Shown here piece by piece: positions 50,605 through 59,379 of a DNA stretch of 64,000 nucleotides. How positions within the stretch are numbered: the stretch's first letter is position 1; each line of letters begins with the position of its first letter. The position numbers were made by a program, and so were the translations under genes. The notes under the pieces are model-generated. The model saw only the letters and a program-made list of their open reading frames with translations, was not told the DNA's origin and searched no databases. Source of the DNA: a virus; the IMG/VR virus record IMGVR_UViG_3300046692_000072, positions 13,722-77,721 of that record. One strand, written 5' to 3'.

Positions 50605-50829
50605 ATGAGTGCATTCATTCGCGTGCGTAAGGCAACAGACAACAAGTTCTTTTCGGTTCGTGCCGACAAGATCAATGCAATTGAAGATACCGTTGGTAGC
50701 CTCGGTGAGGGTCAGCCTGAACAGGATCTCGTTGTTCTCGTCACCGAAGGTGGCAGTGTTGCTGTAACGGAATCTTCGAATACGATTCTGAAGCTTCTCG
50801 CAGACGTTGGCGTTACCATCGCCAAGTAA
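50605..50829 (+). CDS. Small FlbD-like-fold protein
   Basis: F..V.ADKI.AIE…V.L…G….V.ES…I..L pattern; AAGGA SD. Confidence 0.5.
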   Translation: MSAFIRVRKATDNKFFSVRADKINAIEDTVGSLGEGQPEQDLVVLVTEGGSVAVTESSNTILKLLADVGVTIAK

Positions 50830-50990
50830 CGGAGTATCCCCATTGCCTATAGAAAGCTACAGAACGATTGTTCGTCCGCTGCGATCCCTAGTCAATGGGG
50901 AACGCCATCTCAGCTTGGAAATCGATCGTCTTTATGAAGAGGGATGGTATCGAGTTCCTAACGAAAACCGATTCTTTAGGTTTGAAAAAC

Positions 50991-51803
50991 ATGAAACAAT
51001 ACCTCGACCTGATCAATTTGGTTCTCCATCAGGGAACCAAGAAAGGTGATAGAACCGGCACCGGTACTATCGATTATTTCTCTCCACCAAGCATCGAGCA
51101 TCATTTGGGGGATGGGTTCCCACTCCTCACAACGAAGAAGCTCCCATTCCGACTTATCGCAGAAGAAACCCTCTGGTTCCTCTCTGGTTCTACGAACAAC
51201 AATGACCTTGTTGAGAAGAACGTCCATATCTGGGATGAATGGGCTGATCCTGTTACGGGAGCTCTGGGACCGATTTACGGTCATCAGTGGCGTAAGCGTG
51301 ACGGTGTTGATTACGAAGGTAACGCCCGTCAAGTGGATCAGATCGCTGATCTCATTACCACCATCAAGAACAACCCTGAATCCCGAAGAATGATTGTGGA
51401 TTCCTGGGATGTGGTCAATTTGCCTTATATGGCTTTGACACCATGCCATTGCATGTTTCAGTGCAATGTGACCGATGGTCAACTGGACCTCAAAATGTAT
51501 CAGCGCTCAGCAGATCTTTTCTTGGGTGTACCATTCAACATCGCTTCCTATGCCCTCTTGGCTCATATGCTGGCTCAGGTCACTGGACTGCAACCAGGAA
51601 GACTAATCATCACCTATGGTTCTGCGCATATCTACGTGAACCACGTAGAGCAGATCCAGGAGCAGCTTACCCGTGTTCCTCTTCCATTGCCTAAGATGGT
51701 CATGGATGAGAGCATTACGGATATTGACGACTTCACGATGGGATCTTTCCATCTGGAAAATTATCAATCACATGCCCGTATTCATGGGGATGTTTCAATC
51801 TAG
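50991..51803 (+). CDS. thyA: Thymidylate synthase
   Basis: DRTGTGT, FPLLTTKK, LGPIYG.QWR, PCH, YQRSAD..LGVPFNIASY, HIY. Confidence 0.96.
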   Translation: MKQYLDLINLVLHQGTKKGDRTGTGTIDYFSPPSIEHHLGDGFPLLTTKKLPFRLIAEETLWFLSGSTNNNDLVEKNVHIWDEWADPVTGALGPIYGHQWRKRDGVDYEGNARQVDQIADLITTIKNNPESRRMIVDSWDVVNLPYMALTPCHCMFQCNVTDGQLDLKMYQRSADLFLGVPFNIASYALLAHMLAQVTGLQPGRLIITYGSAHIYVNHVEQIQEQLTRVPLPLPKMVMDESITDIDDFTMGSFHLENYQSHARIHGDVSI

Positions 51804-51878
51804 GTAGATCGACACCGCATAGGTCTACTGTGTAGGGGATAGGGCAACCTATCCCCATATTCTTAAGGAGACGACACT

Positions 51879-54407
51879 TTGGAAGTCGCACATCAGACAG
51901 ATCACACCTCTAACGTTATCATTGGCGGGGGTGCAGCAGAAAAATTTCAAATGGCTCAGACGGGTCATTTCTTCGAGATTCTCTCGAATACTCTTTATGC
52001 CAACGGTATGTTGGCAATGGTACGTGAGGTACTTTGCAATGCCTGGGATAGTCATATTGCTAGCGGCGTTATGGGCACTCCTGTTGATGTTTCACTGGAT
52101 GCTAACGAGCTTGTCTTTCGTGATTATGGTACTGGCATTCCCCATCATCTTGTTCATCAGATCTACTGTGTCTATGGTAACTCAACTAAGACAAATGACG
52201 GCAACCAGACTGGTGGCTTCGGTCTTGGCTCTAAGGCTCCATTCGCTTACACCAAGCATTTCACAGTCACTAACTGGCATGATGGAACCAAGGTGGTTCA
52301 TGCAATCTCTCGTGGGACGAATGGAGATGGCACACCGGAACGAAGGGTTATCGTTGACGTACCTACGACTGAGCAGGGCGTAGAAGTTAGGATCCCAATC
52401 AAGTCTTCTCAGGACATTTCTACCATTCGGCATTACATTGAAAATGTTGCCAAGTATGGTGAAATGAACGTTAAGTTCAATGGTAAGAAGATCGACAGGT
52501 TTAACTTGTCCTCTTCCCCAGAAGGCTTCATCATCAGCACCAGAGAAGACTTTGGTCTTAGCAGCAACAGCAGCGTCTATGTACGTTACGGTAATGTTAT
52601 TTACCCTGTCGAACAATCTGGTGAATACAATAATGAACTCAGGGAAGTCCTTGAGTTCTTGAGCTCACTTCCAGACGGTAACGGATGGAATAAGAAGACA
52701 TGGAAGATTTGCTTCCAGGCTCCTCCTAACAGCATCACGGTAACCCCTGCTCGTGAGAGCATTCAGATTACCTCTGTAACTTCGGCAACACTCAAGCAGC
52801 TTTTTAGCAAGGTATCTCGTGCTAAGACTGCTTATCAGTTCCAGATCCTTAGGGACTCGATGGTTAGAACTGCTACTGAGCACTATGCTACGACCTATCC
52901 AGACAAGCTTAAGGCTTTCCTGGATGGTGAAGCACCCTTTACAAAGGGTAGTGATCTAGACTCTATGGGTTATCATAAGCCCATCCTGACCATGGAAGAT
53001 GCTAGACAGCGTTTAGTTCGCCATAGTTTCAAGATGGGAACTTCAGACTATACCCTGCGTCTGAAACTGCTAGCTGATAGTGGTATTGGTAATGAGAAGC
53101 TTCTCCGGGAACTGGTTACTCTCTTGACCACCCACAAAGATCCTTTTGGATCAGGCTTGTGGTATCACGATCAAACCCCAGAAATTGATAAGGAAGGCTT
53201 AGCCTACTTCTTTAAGAAGTCCATATCCAAACTCACTGCCAAGATCGCTAAGACAGAGGGAATGGAAGCTAAAAACTTCTATTTCCTTTCTAATGGTTCC
53301 AGGAATAGGGACTATGATTTCATAGAACCAAAGGATTGGAAGCCTCGGGTTATCGGCACGGTCTTGTCTTACTTTAAGAACAAGATCTTCATCAGCTTCT
53401 CTAAGCTAGCAATAGCTGAGAATATGCATGAGCTTGTTAAAGAGCATGGTGAGTTCGGGCTAATGATTGGTTGCCCTGCATATATCGTTCCCCGACGAAA
53501 GAATGCCTACAAAGACGCTCTCGATTTCTTTACCAAGAAGGGTTGGGAAATCGTTGATGTGGATGCATTTGTGCAGAAGCATGGACTCAACAAGAAGCCA
53601 GAGGCTGAGGTGGATCTCACCCCGAAAGCTCCTAAGGTCTTGGGTATCCCTGCTCTGTATATGCTGAGAAAGCCCAATGGCGATTTCACTCCTCGTGGTC
53701 ATCTGGAATACGATGCCACAGGAAAACGTGTGGAAAAGCCTCAAGCTGTGTTCACTCCCGAGAGCCTTGCCGGTAGAGATTATACCCATAGGTTCTTCGA
53801 AGGCAGACTCGATACGGTTGGTATTCAGGTCCTTCACTTCATCGGTACCGTTTCAGGTATCGCTGTAAATTCCCGTCAGAAGGATAAGTACCTTGGACAA
53901 GGTGCTGTAGATGGTCATCAATATCTTGCTGAAAAGATGTTTGAAGAGTTCGATAGTAATACCGTTCTGGTTGACTATTTCGGACGACTCAAGCTCAACA
54001 TGGGAAATGTGGAAAGCAGCAATATCCGCTCTCTTTGGAGAGCGTCTGAGCATATGCCCAGCATCAGGAAACTGATGAACTATCCTCGTCAGTTGACTGC
54101 CGATGAGATGTACTGGGGGAACATCTGGGAAGTTCTGGATCCAGGTACAGATCGCCACAGTGAAGATCGTAAGAGACAACAGTGGCCCACTACCATGAAA
54201 ACCTCCTTGCATAAGATCGAAGGTCTTATTAGGGAGTCTAAGACTCAGCCTTGTCCTGAACGGGATGCAATTCAACAGCGCATCCAATCCAAGATGTTCA
54301 AATACATCGACATGACAGAGATCATTACCCTGGTCTCTAATCCGACCACAACACAGCAGGAAAAAGATGACGCTGAAGGCGTTCTCCTCCTTGCACTAGA
54401 AGGATAA
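51879..54407 (+). CDS. rIIA: rIIA-like protein
   Basis: GHKL-type N-domain: REVLCNAWDSH, RDYGTGI, GGFGLGSKAPFAYT. Confidence 0.88.
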   Translation: MEVAHQTDHTSNVIIGGGAAEKFQMAQTGHFFEILSNTLYANGMLAMVREVLCNAWDSHIASGVMGTPVDVSLDANELVFRDYGTGIPHHLVHQIYCVYGNSTKTNDGNQTGGFGLGSKAPFAYTKHFTVTNWHDGTKVVHAISRGTNGDGTPERRVIVDVPTTEQGVEVRIPIKSSQDISTIRHYIENVAKYGEMNVKFNGKKIDRFNLSSSPEGFIISTREDFGLSSNSSVYVRYGNVIYPVEQSGEYNNELREVLEFLSSLPDGNGWNKKTWKICFQAPPNSITVTPARESIQITSVTSATLKQLFSKVSRAKTAYQFQILRDSMVRTATEHYATTYPDKLKAFLDGEAPFTKGSDLDSMGYHKPILTMEDARQRLVRHSFKMGTSDYTLRLKLLADSGIGNEKLLRELVTLLTTHKDPFGSGLWYHDQTPEIDKEGLAYFFKKSISKLTAKIAKTEGMEAKNFYFLSNGSRNRDYDFIEPKDWKPRVIGTVLSYFKNKIFISFSKLAIAENMHELVKEHGEFGLMIGCPAYIVPRRKNAYKDALDFFTKKGWEIVDVDAFVQKHGLNKKPEAEVDLTPKAPKVLGIPALYMLRKPNGDFTPRGHLEYDATGKRVEKPQAVFTPESLAGRDYTHRFFEGRLDTVGIQVLHFIGTVSGIAVNSRQKDKYLGQGAVDGHQYLAEKMFEEFDSNTVLVDYFGRLKLNMGNVESSNIRSLWRASEHMPSIRKLMNYPRQLTADEMYWGNIWEVLDPGTDRHSEDRKRQQWPTTMKTSLHKIEGLIRESKTQPCPERDAIQQRIQSKMFKYIDMTEIITLVSNPTTTQQEKDDAEGVLLLALEG

Positions 54408-54411
54408 TGAA

Positions 54412-56517
54412 ATGACGCAGATTCGCGTTAAAGCAATCGATGTGGGGGATACTGTTGCCATCTTCTATCTTGATGATGGCAGCACCTTCACCGTGAACCA
54501 AGGGGAAGCACGTCTCATTCGCATGATTGAGAAGGCAACCCCGATCATTAAGGCAGGACAGGTTGCTGTCCTGGATACTGAAGAAGGGGTCGATCAGGAG
54601 GAAGCTCCTACGACTATCTTCTCAGGCTATGAGCAGCGGTCTGGTGGATTCATGAAGTTCTTCAGGGCAGCTAAGGATGCTGTGAAGAACCTCTTCCATA
54701 CCCACGAAGATGACTACTCGAACAAACCGGTAGCCCCTAAGGTTCCGGTTATGGCAATCATGCCTACCGTGTTCGAAGAGTCTGCCAAGCCTCAGGTGCA
54801 GGTAGACAAGGGCATGTATGCTCCTGTCGAAGAAACGGAGACTGGTTTTGAACCAGAAGATGAGGATGAGGACGAAGTTGTTGAGGATGCTCCTCTCAAC
54901 GTCAAGCCTTTGACCTCGGATGTGGTCACTGCCAATGAAACTGTAGTTGCTGTTCTGTCTAACGGTCGCATTGTACCGGGGATGGAAAATCTGAAATCTC
55001 ATTTGGATCATGCAAAGGATCCTGATCAGGTTGCAGGCATCAACAAGCTCGTTGAACGTATGTCCGTCATGCTAGATAAGCGTGCGCACAGCGTCGAGGA
55101 TCTTTTGCAGTTCATGCACAAGGGCGACATGCCTGTTACCATCGCTGGTGACATCATCGCCTACAAGGTTCTGAACCATTGGAAGGGTGACAAGAAGTCC
55201 GGTCGGTATGTGGATAAGCATTCCGGCAAGGTCGTTCAACGTGTTGGTTCCTATGTCAATGTCCGTGAGGATCTTGTTGACAAGAACCGTCGCAATGAAT
55301 GCTCCAACGGTCTGCATGTTGCCCGACATGGGTACCTGCGTGGCTTCACTGCTAACAAGTGCTTCATCATCCTGGTAGCTCCAGAAGATGTTGTAACGGT
55401 TCCCCATAACGATCCTAGCAAGGTTCGTACCATGGGTTACCACATCGTCGCTGAACTGCCTGATGAGGCATATGATCTCATCAAGAAGGGGCAGCCTATC
55501 ACTCAGTTGCCTGCCATGAAGGCTCTGCTTGCAGAGATCATCAAGGGCAACCATGTTCCTCGTCTGGAGTCTGTCCAGATCAACGGACAATATGGTGCTG
55601 GTCTCAAGACTACGCCTCTTGGTACTCGTGAAGAACGCCTCGCATGGAAGTTCGAATCGACTGCCACTGAGGAAGAGATCCAGAAGGCTGAAGCTGTCAC
55701 TCACATTGAAGAAAAGTCTGCACGTCTTGTCGAACAGGAACGGGCAGCAAAGGTTGATGTGAAGGAGCTTGCCAAGAAGGTTGAAGAGATTCAGCCTGAG
55801 AACTATCGTCAGCGTGTGCTGCGTGCCCTTACTGAAAAGGATGAGGCATTCATCATTCATGTGGTGGAAACCAAGCGTAGAGCCAAGAAGGCATGGGCAT
55901 TCTATGATCTCGATTCCGAGATCGGTGACAAGCTCGTTGCCTTCATCAAGGAACAAGCTACGCCCAAGCCTGAACCCCAGGAGCAGATCGCTGACAAGGT
56001 GCCGCAGGCACCTGAAGTCAAGCAGGATGCTCCGAAGGAAGAACCAAAGGTGGGAATCCCTGTAGAAGCTTCTAAGGAACTCAATTTCAGGGATAAGACT
56101 TACAACGCCTTCGCAACTAAGAATGCAGTTCTGGCAGCAGAACTCGTCGCTCAGAAGCGTAAGGCAAAGAAGTCTTGGAATGCTTTTGGTCTCAGTGACT
56201 TGGAAGCAGGTGATCTTATCGCTCTCGCTGGTACTGCTACTCAGGCAGTGGTAGCACCTGTTGCTACACCAGAACCTGAACCAGTGAAGGAAGAAACTCC
56301 TGTGAATCGTGTTGGTTTTACCAAGACGGCAGAGGGATATGTTCCTGATCCCATTGGTTCGATGGAAGAATTCCGTATCGCATTGGAAAACTTCCAACTG
56401 ATTCCTAACCAGGAACAGTATGATCGACTGGCAGTATTTGCCAAGAGCAAGAAGAAGTCTCTTATCTCTCTGGGTATGCGCCAAGTCCATATCGATCAGT
56501 TCAAACCTGTGAAGTAA
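54412..56517 (+). CDS. rIIB: rIIB-like protein
   Basis: G.IIAYK, D.H.G, CSNGLHV, PEDVV.VP..D..K.R motifs; follows rIIA. Confidence 0.85.
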   Translation: MTQIRVKAIDVGDTVAIFYLDDGSTFTVNQGEARLIRMIEKATPIIKAGQVAVLDTEEGVDQEEAPTTIFSGYEQRSGGFMKFFRAAKDAVKNLFHTHEDDYSNKPVAPKVPVMAIMPTVFEESAKPQVQVDKGMYAPVEETETGFEPEDEDEDEVVEDAPLNVKPLTSDVVTANETVVAVLSNGRIVPGMENLKSHLDHAKDPDQVAGINKLVERMSVMLDKRAHSVEDLLQFMHKGDMPVTIAGDIIAYKVLNHWKGDKKSGRYVDKHSGKVVQRVGSYVNVREDLVDKNRRNECSNGLHVARHGYLRGFTANKCFIILVAPEDVVTVPHNDPSKVRTMGYHIVAELPDEAYDLIKKGQPITQLPAMKALLAEIIKGNHVPRLESVQINGQYGAGLKTTPLGTREERLAWKFESTATEEEIQKAEAVTHIEEKSARLVEQERAAKVDVKELAKKVEEIQPENYRQRVLRALTEKDEAFIIHVVETKRRAKKAWAFYDLDSEIGDKLVAFIKEQATPKPEPQEQIADKVPQAPEVKQDAPKEEPKVGIPVEASKELNFRDKTYNAFATKNAVLAAELVAQKRKAKKSWNAFGLSDLEAGDLIALAGTATQAVVAPVATPEPEPVKEETPVNRVGFTKTAEGYVPDPIGSMEEFRIALENFQLIPNQEQYDRLAVFAKSKKKSLISLGMRQVHIDQFKPVK

Positions 56518-56524
56518 AACCGAT

Positions 56525-56551
56525 AACCCCCTCTATAACGGAGGGGGTTTC
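56525..56551 (+). terminator. Terminator-like hairpin after rIIB
   Basis: AACCCCCTC-TATAACG-GAGGGGGTT-T. Confidence 0.6.
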
Positions 56552-57006
56552 ATCCCCTTTAATGAGTAATGCAGCATGACAGACAACAATAACACTAAGA
56601 AACTTGCAAAGATCACTAACCTGTTGAACTTCGATTGGAAGACTAAACCCTTCCTCATCAATCGAATCACTCAAACCGAAAAGGTAACTGTGTTCGATGA
56701 AGCAGGTCAACCCACGGAAAAAGAAGTAGATTTTCGAATCTCTACTGAAACCATGGAGAAACTGTGTAAGATCCTCAGGGAGGAAGCAGGCTTACTTACG
56801 GTACATAACGGTGAGTAAGAATACTAACTACAGATACGAGTTGGGGGAACTCGTTACATGGTGCCAACGTGCAGAAAATCTTTGCCGAACGGAAGCAGAT
56901 AAGCTTGCGGTTCTGGACTCATTTCTTCGGGGCGTAGAAGATCTACGCAAGAAACACGGACTTATTAAGAAAGGTCTTAATCGGTCCTATAAAAGGAATA
57001 AAATAC

Positions 57007-57468
57007 GTGACGACAGAAAACACGCTGAGTCAGACGCTCCTCTGGTTCCAGAAGGCAATTCCGAAACCACAGACTAAAAATTTCAGGACACAGCTTGGTG
57101 TCCATTTCGAGGAGGTTGGCGAGATGATCGCTACCCTGACCTCGGATGACATGGACATGATCGCCTACATCCATAACGCCCAGAATGCCATGACTGCTCT
57201 CAGCAAGGCGTTGAAGGAATCCAATGATCAATCTTGCTGGGTACGCCCACAGGATCTGGTAGAGCATTTGGATGCTCTTTGTGATCAAATCGTCACCGTA
57301 GTCGGTTGCGCCCACATGATCGATGCTGATATCGTCGGGGGCATGGACGAGGTGAATCGTTCTAATTTCTCTAAATTCGATGAAGATGGAAACCCCATCT
57401 TCGATGCAAACCGGAAGATCATCAAAGGCCCTAACTACAGTAAGGCTGATCTTTCAAAGCTGATCTGA
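57007..57468 (+). CDS. MazG-like NTP pyrophosphohydrolase
   Basis: GVHFEEVGEM, LDALCDQIVT, EVNRSNFSKF, KIIKGPNY. Confidence 0.85.
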   Translation: MTTENTLSQTLLWFQKAIPKPQTKNFRTQLGVHFEEVGEMIATLTSDDMDMIAYIHNAQNAMTALSKALKESNDQSCWVRPQDLVEHLDALCDQIVTVVGCAHMIDADIVGGMDEVNRSNFSKFDEDGNPIFDANRKIIKGPNYSKADLSKLI

Positions 57469-57557
57469 TCTCCCCATCTCGCCGTGGGTGGAGATCGATA
57501 GGGGAACCTCTGGAGTCGTCGCTAGAGGTTCCCCTTTACAATTCACAAGGATATCAC

Positions 57558-58874
57558 ATGTCTGAAACCTTTACCCCGAACCAGGGGCAATCGACTGCCA
57601 TCGACAAGTTCATGGGGTTCCTGTTTGAACCTTCCATTGGCTTCAATATCTCTGGTCCTGCGGGTACCGGTAAGACAGCTACGATGAAGCATTTCATCGA
57701 TAAGACCATTCCTGCTTATCAGGAAACGTGCAAGCTCATGGGTATTAAGCCTGAGTTTGATGAAGTGGTCATGACTGCCACAACCAATAAGGCAGCAGAG
57801 GTGCTCTCGGGAGCAACCAAATACCCCACCCAAACTATCCATTCATTCCTTCAGTTGAAGGTCTCAGAGGATTACTCCTCAGGTCAGATGCGTCTTTCCA
57901 AGACCCCTGGCTTCAAAGTTCACAACCGAAAGATCATCTTCATTGATGAGACTTCCATGGTTGACACAGCTCTGTTTAACTTCCTTCAGGAAGGTACGGA
58001 GAAGTGCAAGATCGTTTACGTAGGTGATAGGGAACAGCTTTCCCCAATCTACGAAAAGATCTCTCCTGTTTATAAACAGGGCTATGACATTGTAGAACTG
58101 ACAGAACAGATGCGTAACAACACTCAACCTGCTCTCATGGATCTGTGTGAACAGCTTCGTGAAACTGTCAGGACAGGTGTCTTTAAACCTATCAGGCTTG
58201 TCCCAGGTGTCGTTGACTACATTGACACTGACGAAGAGCTCATGACTGGTCTTGAGTATCTGTTCAAGGAACCAACGAAGGATCACCGTGTACTTGCTTA
58301 TACGAACTCTCGTGTACGTGCGTACAATTATGAGATTCGAAAGATCCGTGGTCTATCGGATGAGTTCACTCTCGGTGAGAGTTTGATTGCTAATCAACCT
58401 TTCAGGACTAGCAATGGTACCAACTTCTCTGCTGAGGAGGAGGTAACAATCACCAGGATCACCGAGCATCACAAGAAGATCAAGATCAATGACACCATTG
58501 ATTTTATCTTTAACGTCTGTGACATTACGAATTCTTTCGGTGATACGATTCGTGACATGAAGGTTCCAGTAGATATGGAACACTATTACGAAATCATTCG
58601 CTACTTCGCCAAGGAGAAGCGTTGGGATATGTACTTCCAGATGAAGAACTCATATCCAGATCTTCGTACTCGTGATGCAGCAACTACTCACAAGGCTCAG
58701 GGATCTACCTATAAGTCGGTCATCATCGACTTGGAAGATATCTCTTCCTGCCGGGATCCAGATCAAGCAGCTCGTCTGCTTTATGTGTCGTTCTCCCGTG
58801 CCAAGGATCGGGTGTACATTCGAGGAAACCTAGCTAACAAGTTCGGTGGTCTCGATGGTTCAAAGTACTTCTAA
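57558..58874 (+). CDS. SF1 (Dda/RecD-like) DNA helicase (N4 gp37-like)
   Basis: GPAGTGKT, IDETSM, VGDREQL.P, LTEQMR, T.HKAQGSTY, LYVSFSRA. Confidence 0.92.
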   Translation: MSETFTPNQGQSTAIDKFMGFLFEPSIGFNISGPAGTGKTATMKHFIDKTIPAYQETCKLMGIKPEFDEVVMTATTNKAAEVLSGATKYPTQTIHSFLQLKVSEDYSSGQMRLSKTPGFKVHNRKIIFIDETSMVDTALFNFLQEGTEKCKIVYVGDREQLSPIYEKISPVYKQGYDIVELTEQMRNNTQPALMDLCEQLRETVRTGVFKPIRLVPGVVDYIDTDEELMTGLEYLFKEPTKDHRVLAYTNSRVRAYNYEIRKIRGLSDEFTLGESLIANQPFRTSNGTNFSAEEEVTITRITEHHKKIKINDTIDFIFNVCDITNSFGDTIRDMKVPVDMEHYYEIIRYFAKEKRWDMYFQMKNSYPDLRTRDAATTHKAQGSTYKSVIIDLEDISSCRDPDQAARLLYVSFSRAKDRVYIRGNLANKFGGLDGSKYF

Positions 58875-59379
58875 CCCTCAGTACTTCATCAATCTAATCC
58901 TGCATGAGCTAGTCACTCCCGATGAGAAACGCCTGAAGGCACTATCCCTCCAACTGGTTCAAAAGAACGCAGCTTTGGGGATGAGACCGGATGGCTTTTT
59001 CTACAGAGGCAAAGTCTTTTTCAGTGATAGCAAATCCTATGGGGAAGCCTCCAAAGGAAATCTTCATCCCAGTCTTTACGATGACGGGGATATGCTGGTA
59101 AGGCAGTACGACAAGGTAGCAAAAGACGGAGAACGTATCCGTCAATATCTTGCTCTATGCTTCGTCGCTATTACCCCCAAGTTCACAATCACTACTGGTT
59201 GGACCAAACAGGATGTCAGAGACGTGCTCAACGAGGGCGTTGTAGATCTGGTACCGGAACTCCGGTCTATGTCTAGAACCCGTCCTGAGGGCTACTGCAT
59301 CCTGCCAGAACATCGTGAACAGTGGGAAAAGCGTAAAGCCATTGTAGAAGAGTACATCGCAATGAGGTTCTTTTCCTAA
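58855..59379 (+). CDS. Hypothetical protein (N4 gp38-like position)
   Basis: Between helicase and polymerase; GFFYRG, LHPSL. Confidence 0.6.
   Translation: MVQSTSNPQYFINLILHELVTPDEKRLKALSLQLVQKNAALGMRPDGFFYRGKVFFSDSKSYGEASKGNLHPSLYDDGDMLVRQYDKVAKDGERIRQYLALCFVAITPKFTITTGWTKQDVRDVLNEGVVDLVPELRSMSRTRPEGYCILPEHREQWEKRKAIVEEYIAMRFFS

Noticed and set aside
55072-56490. 472-aa minus-strand ORF
   Set aside because: Antisense shadow of rIIB, with no SD or motifs
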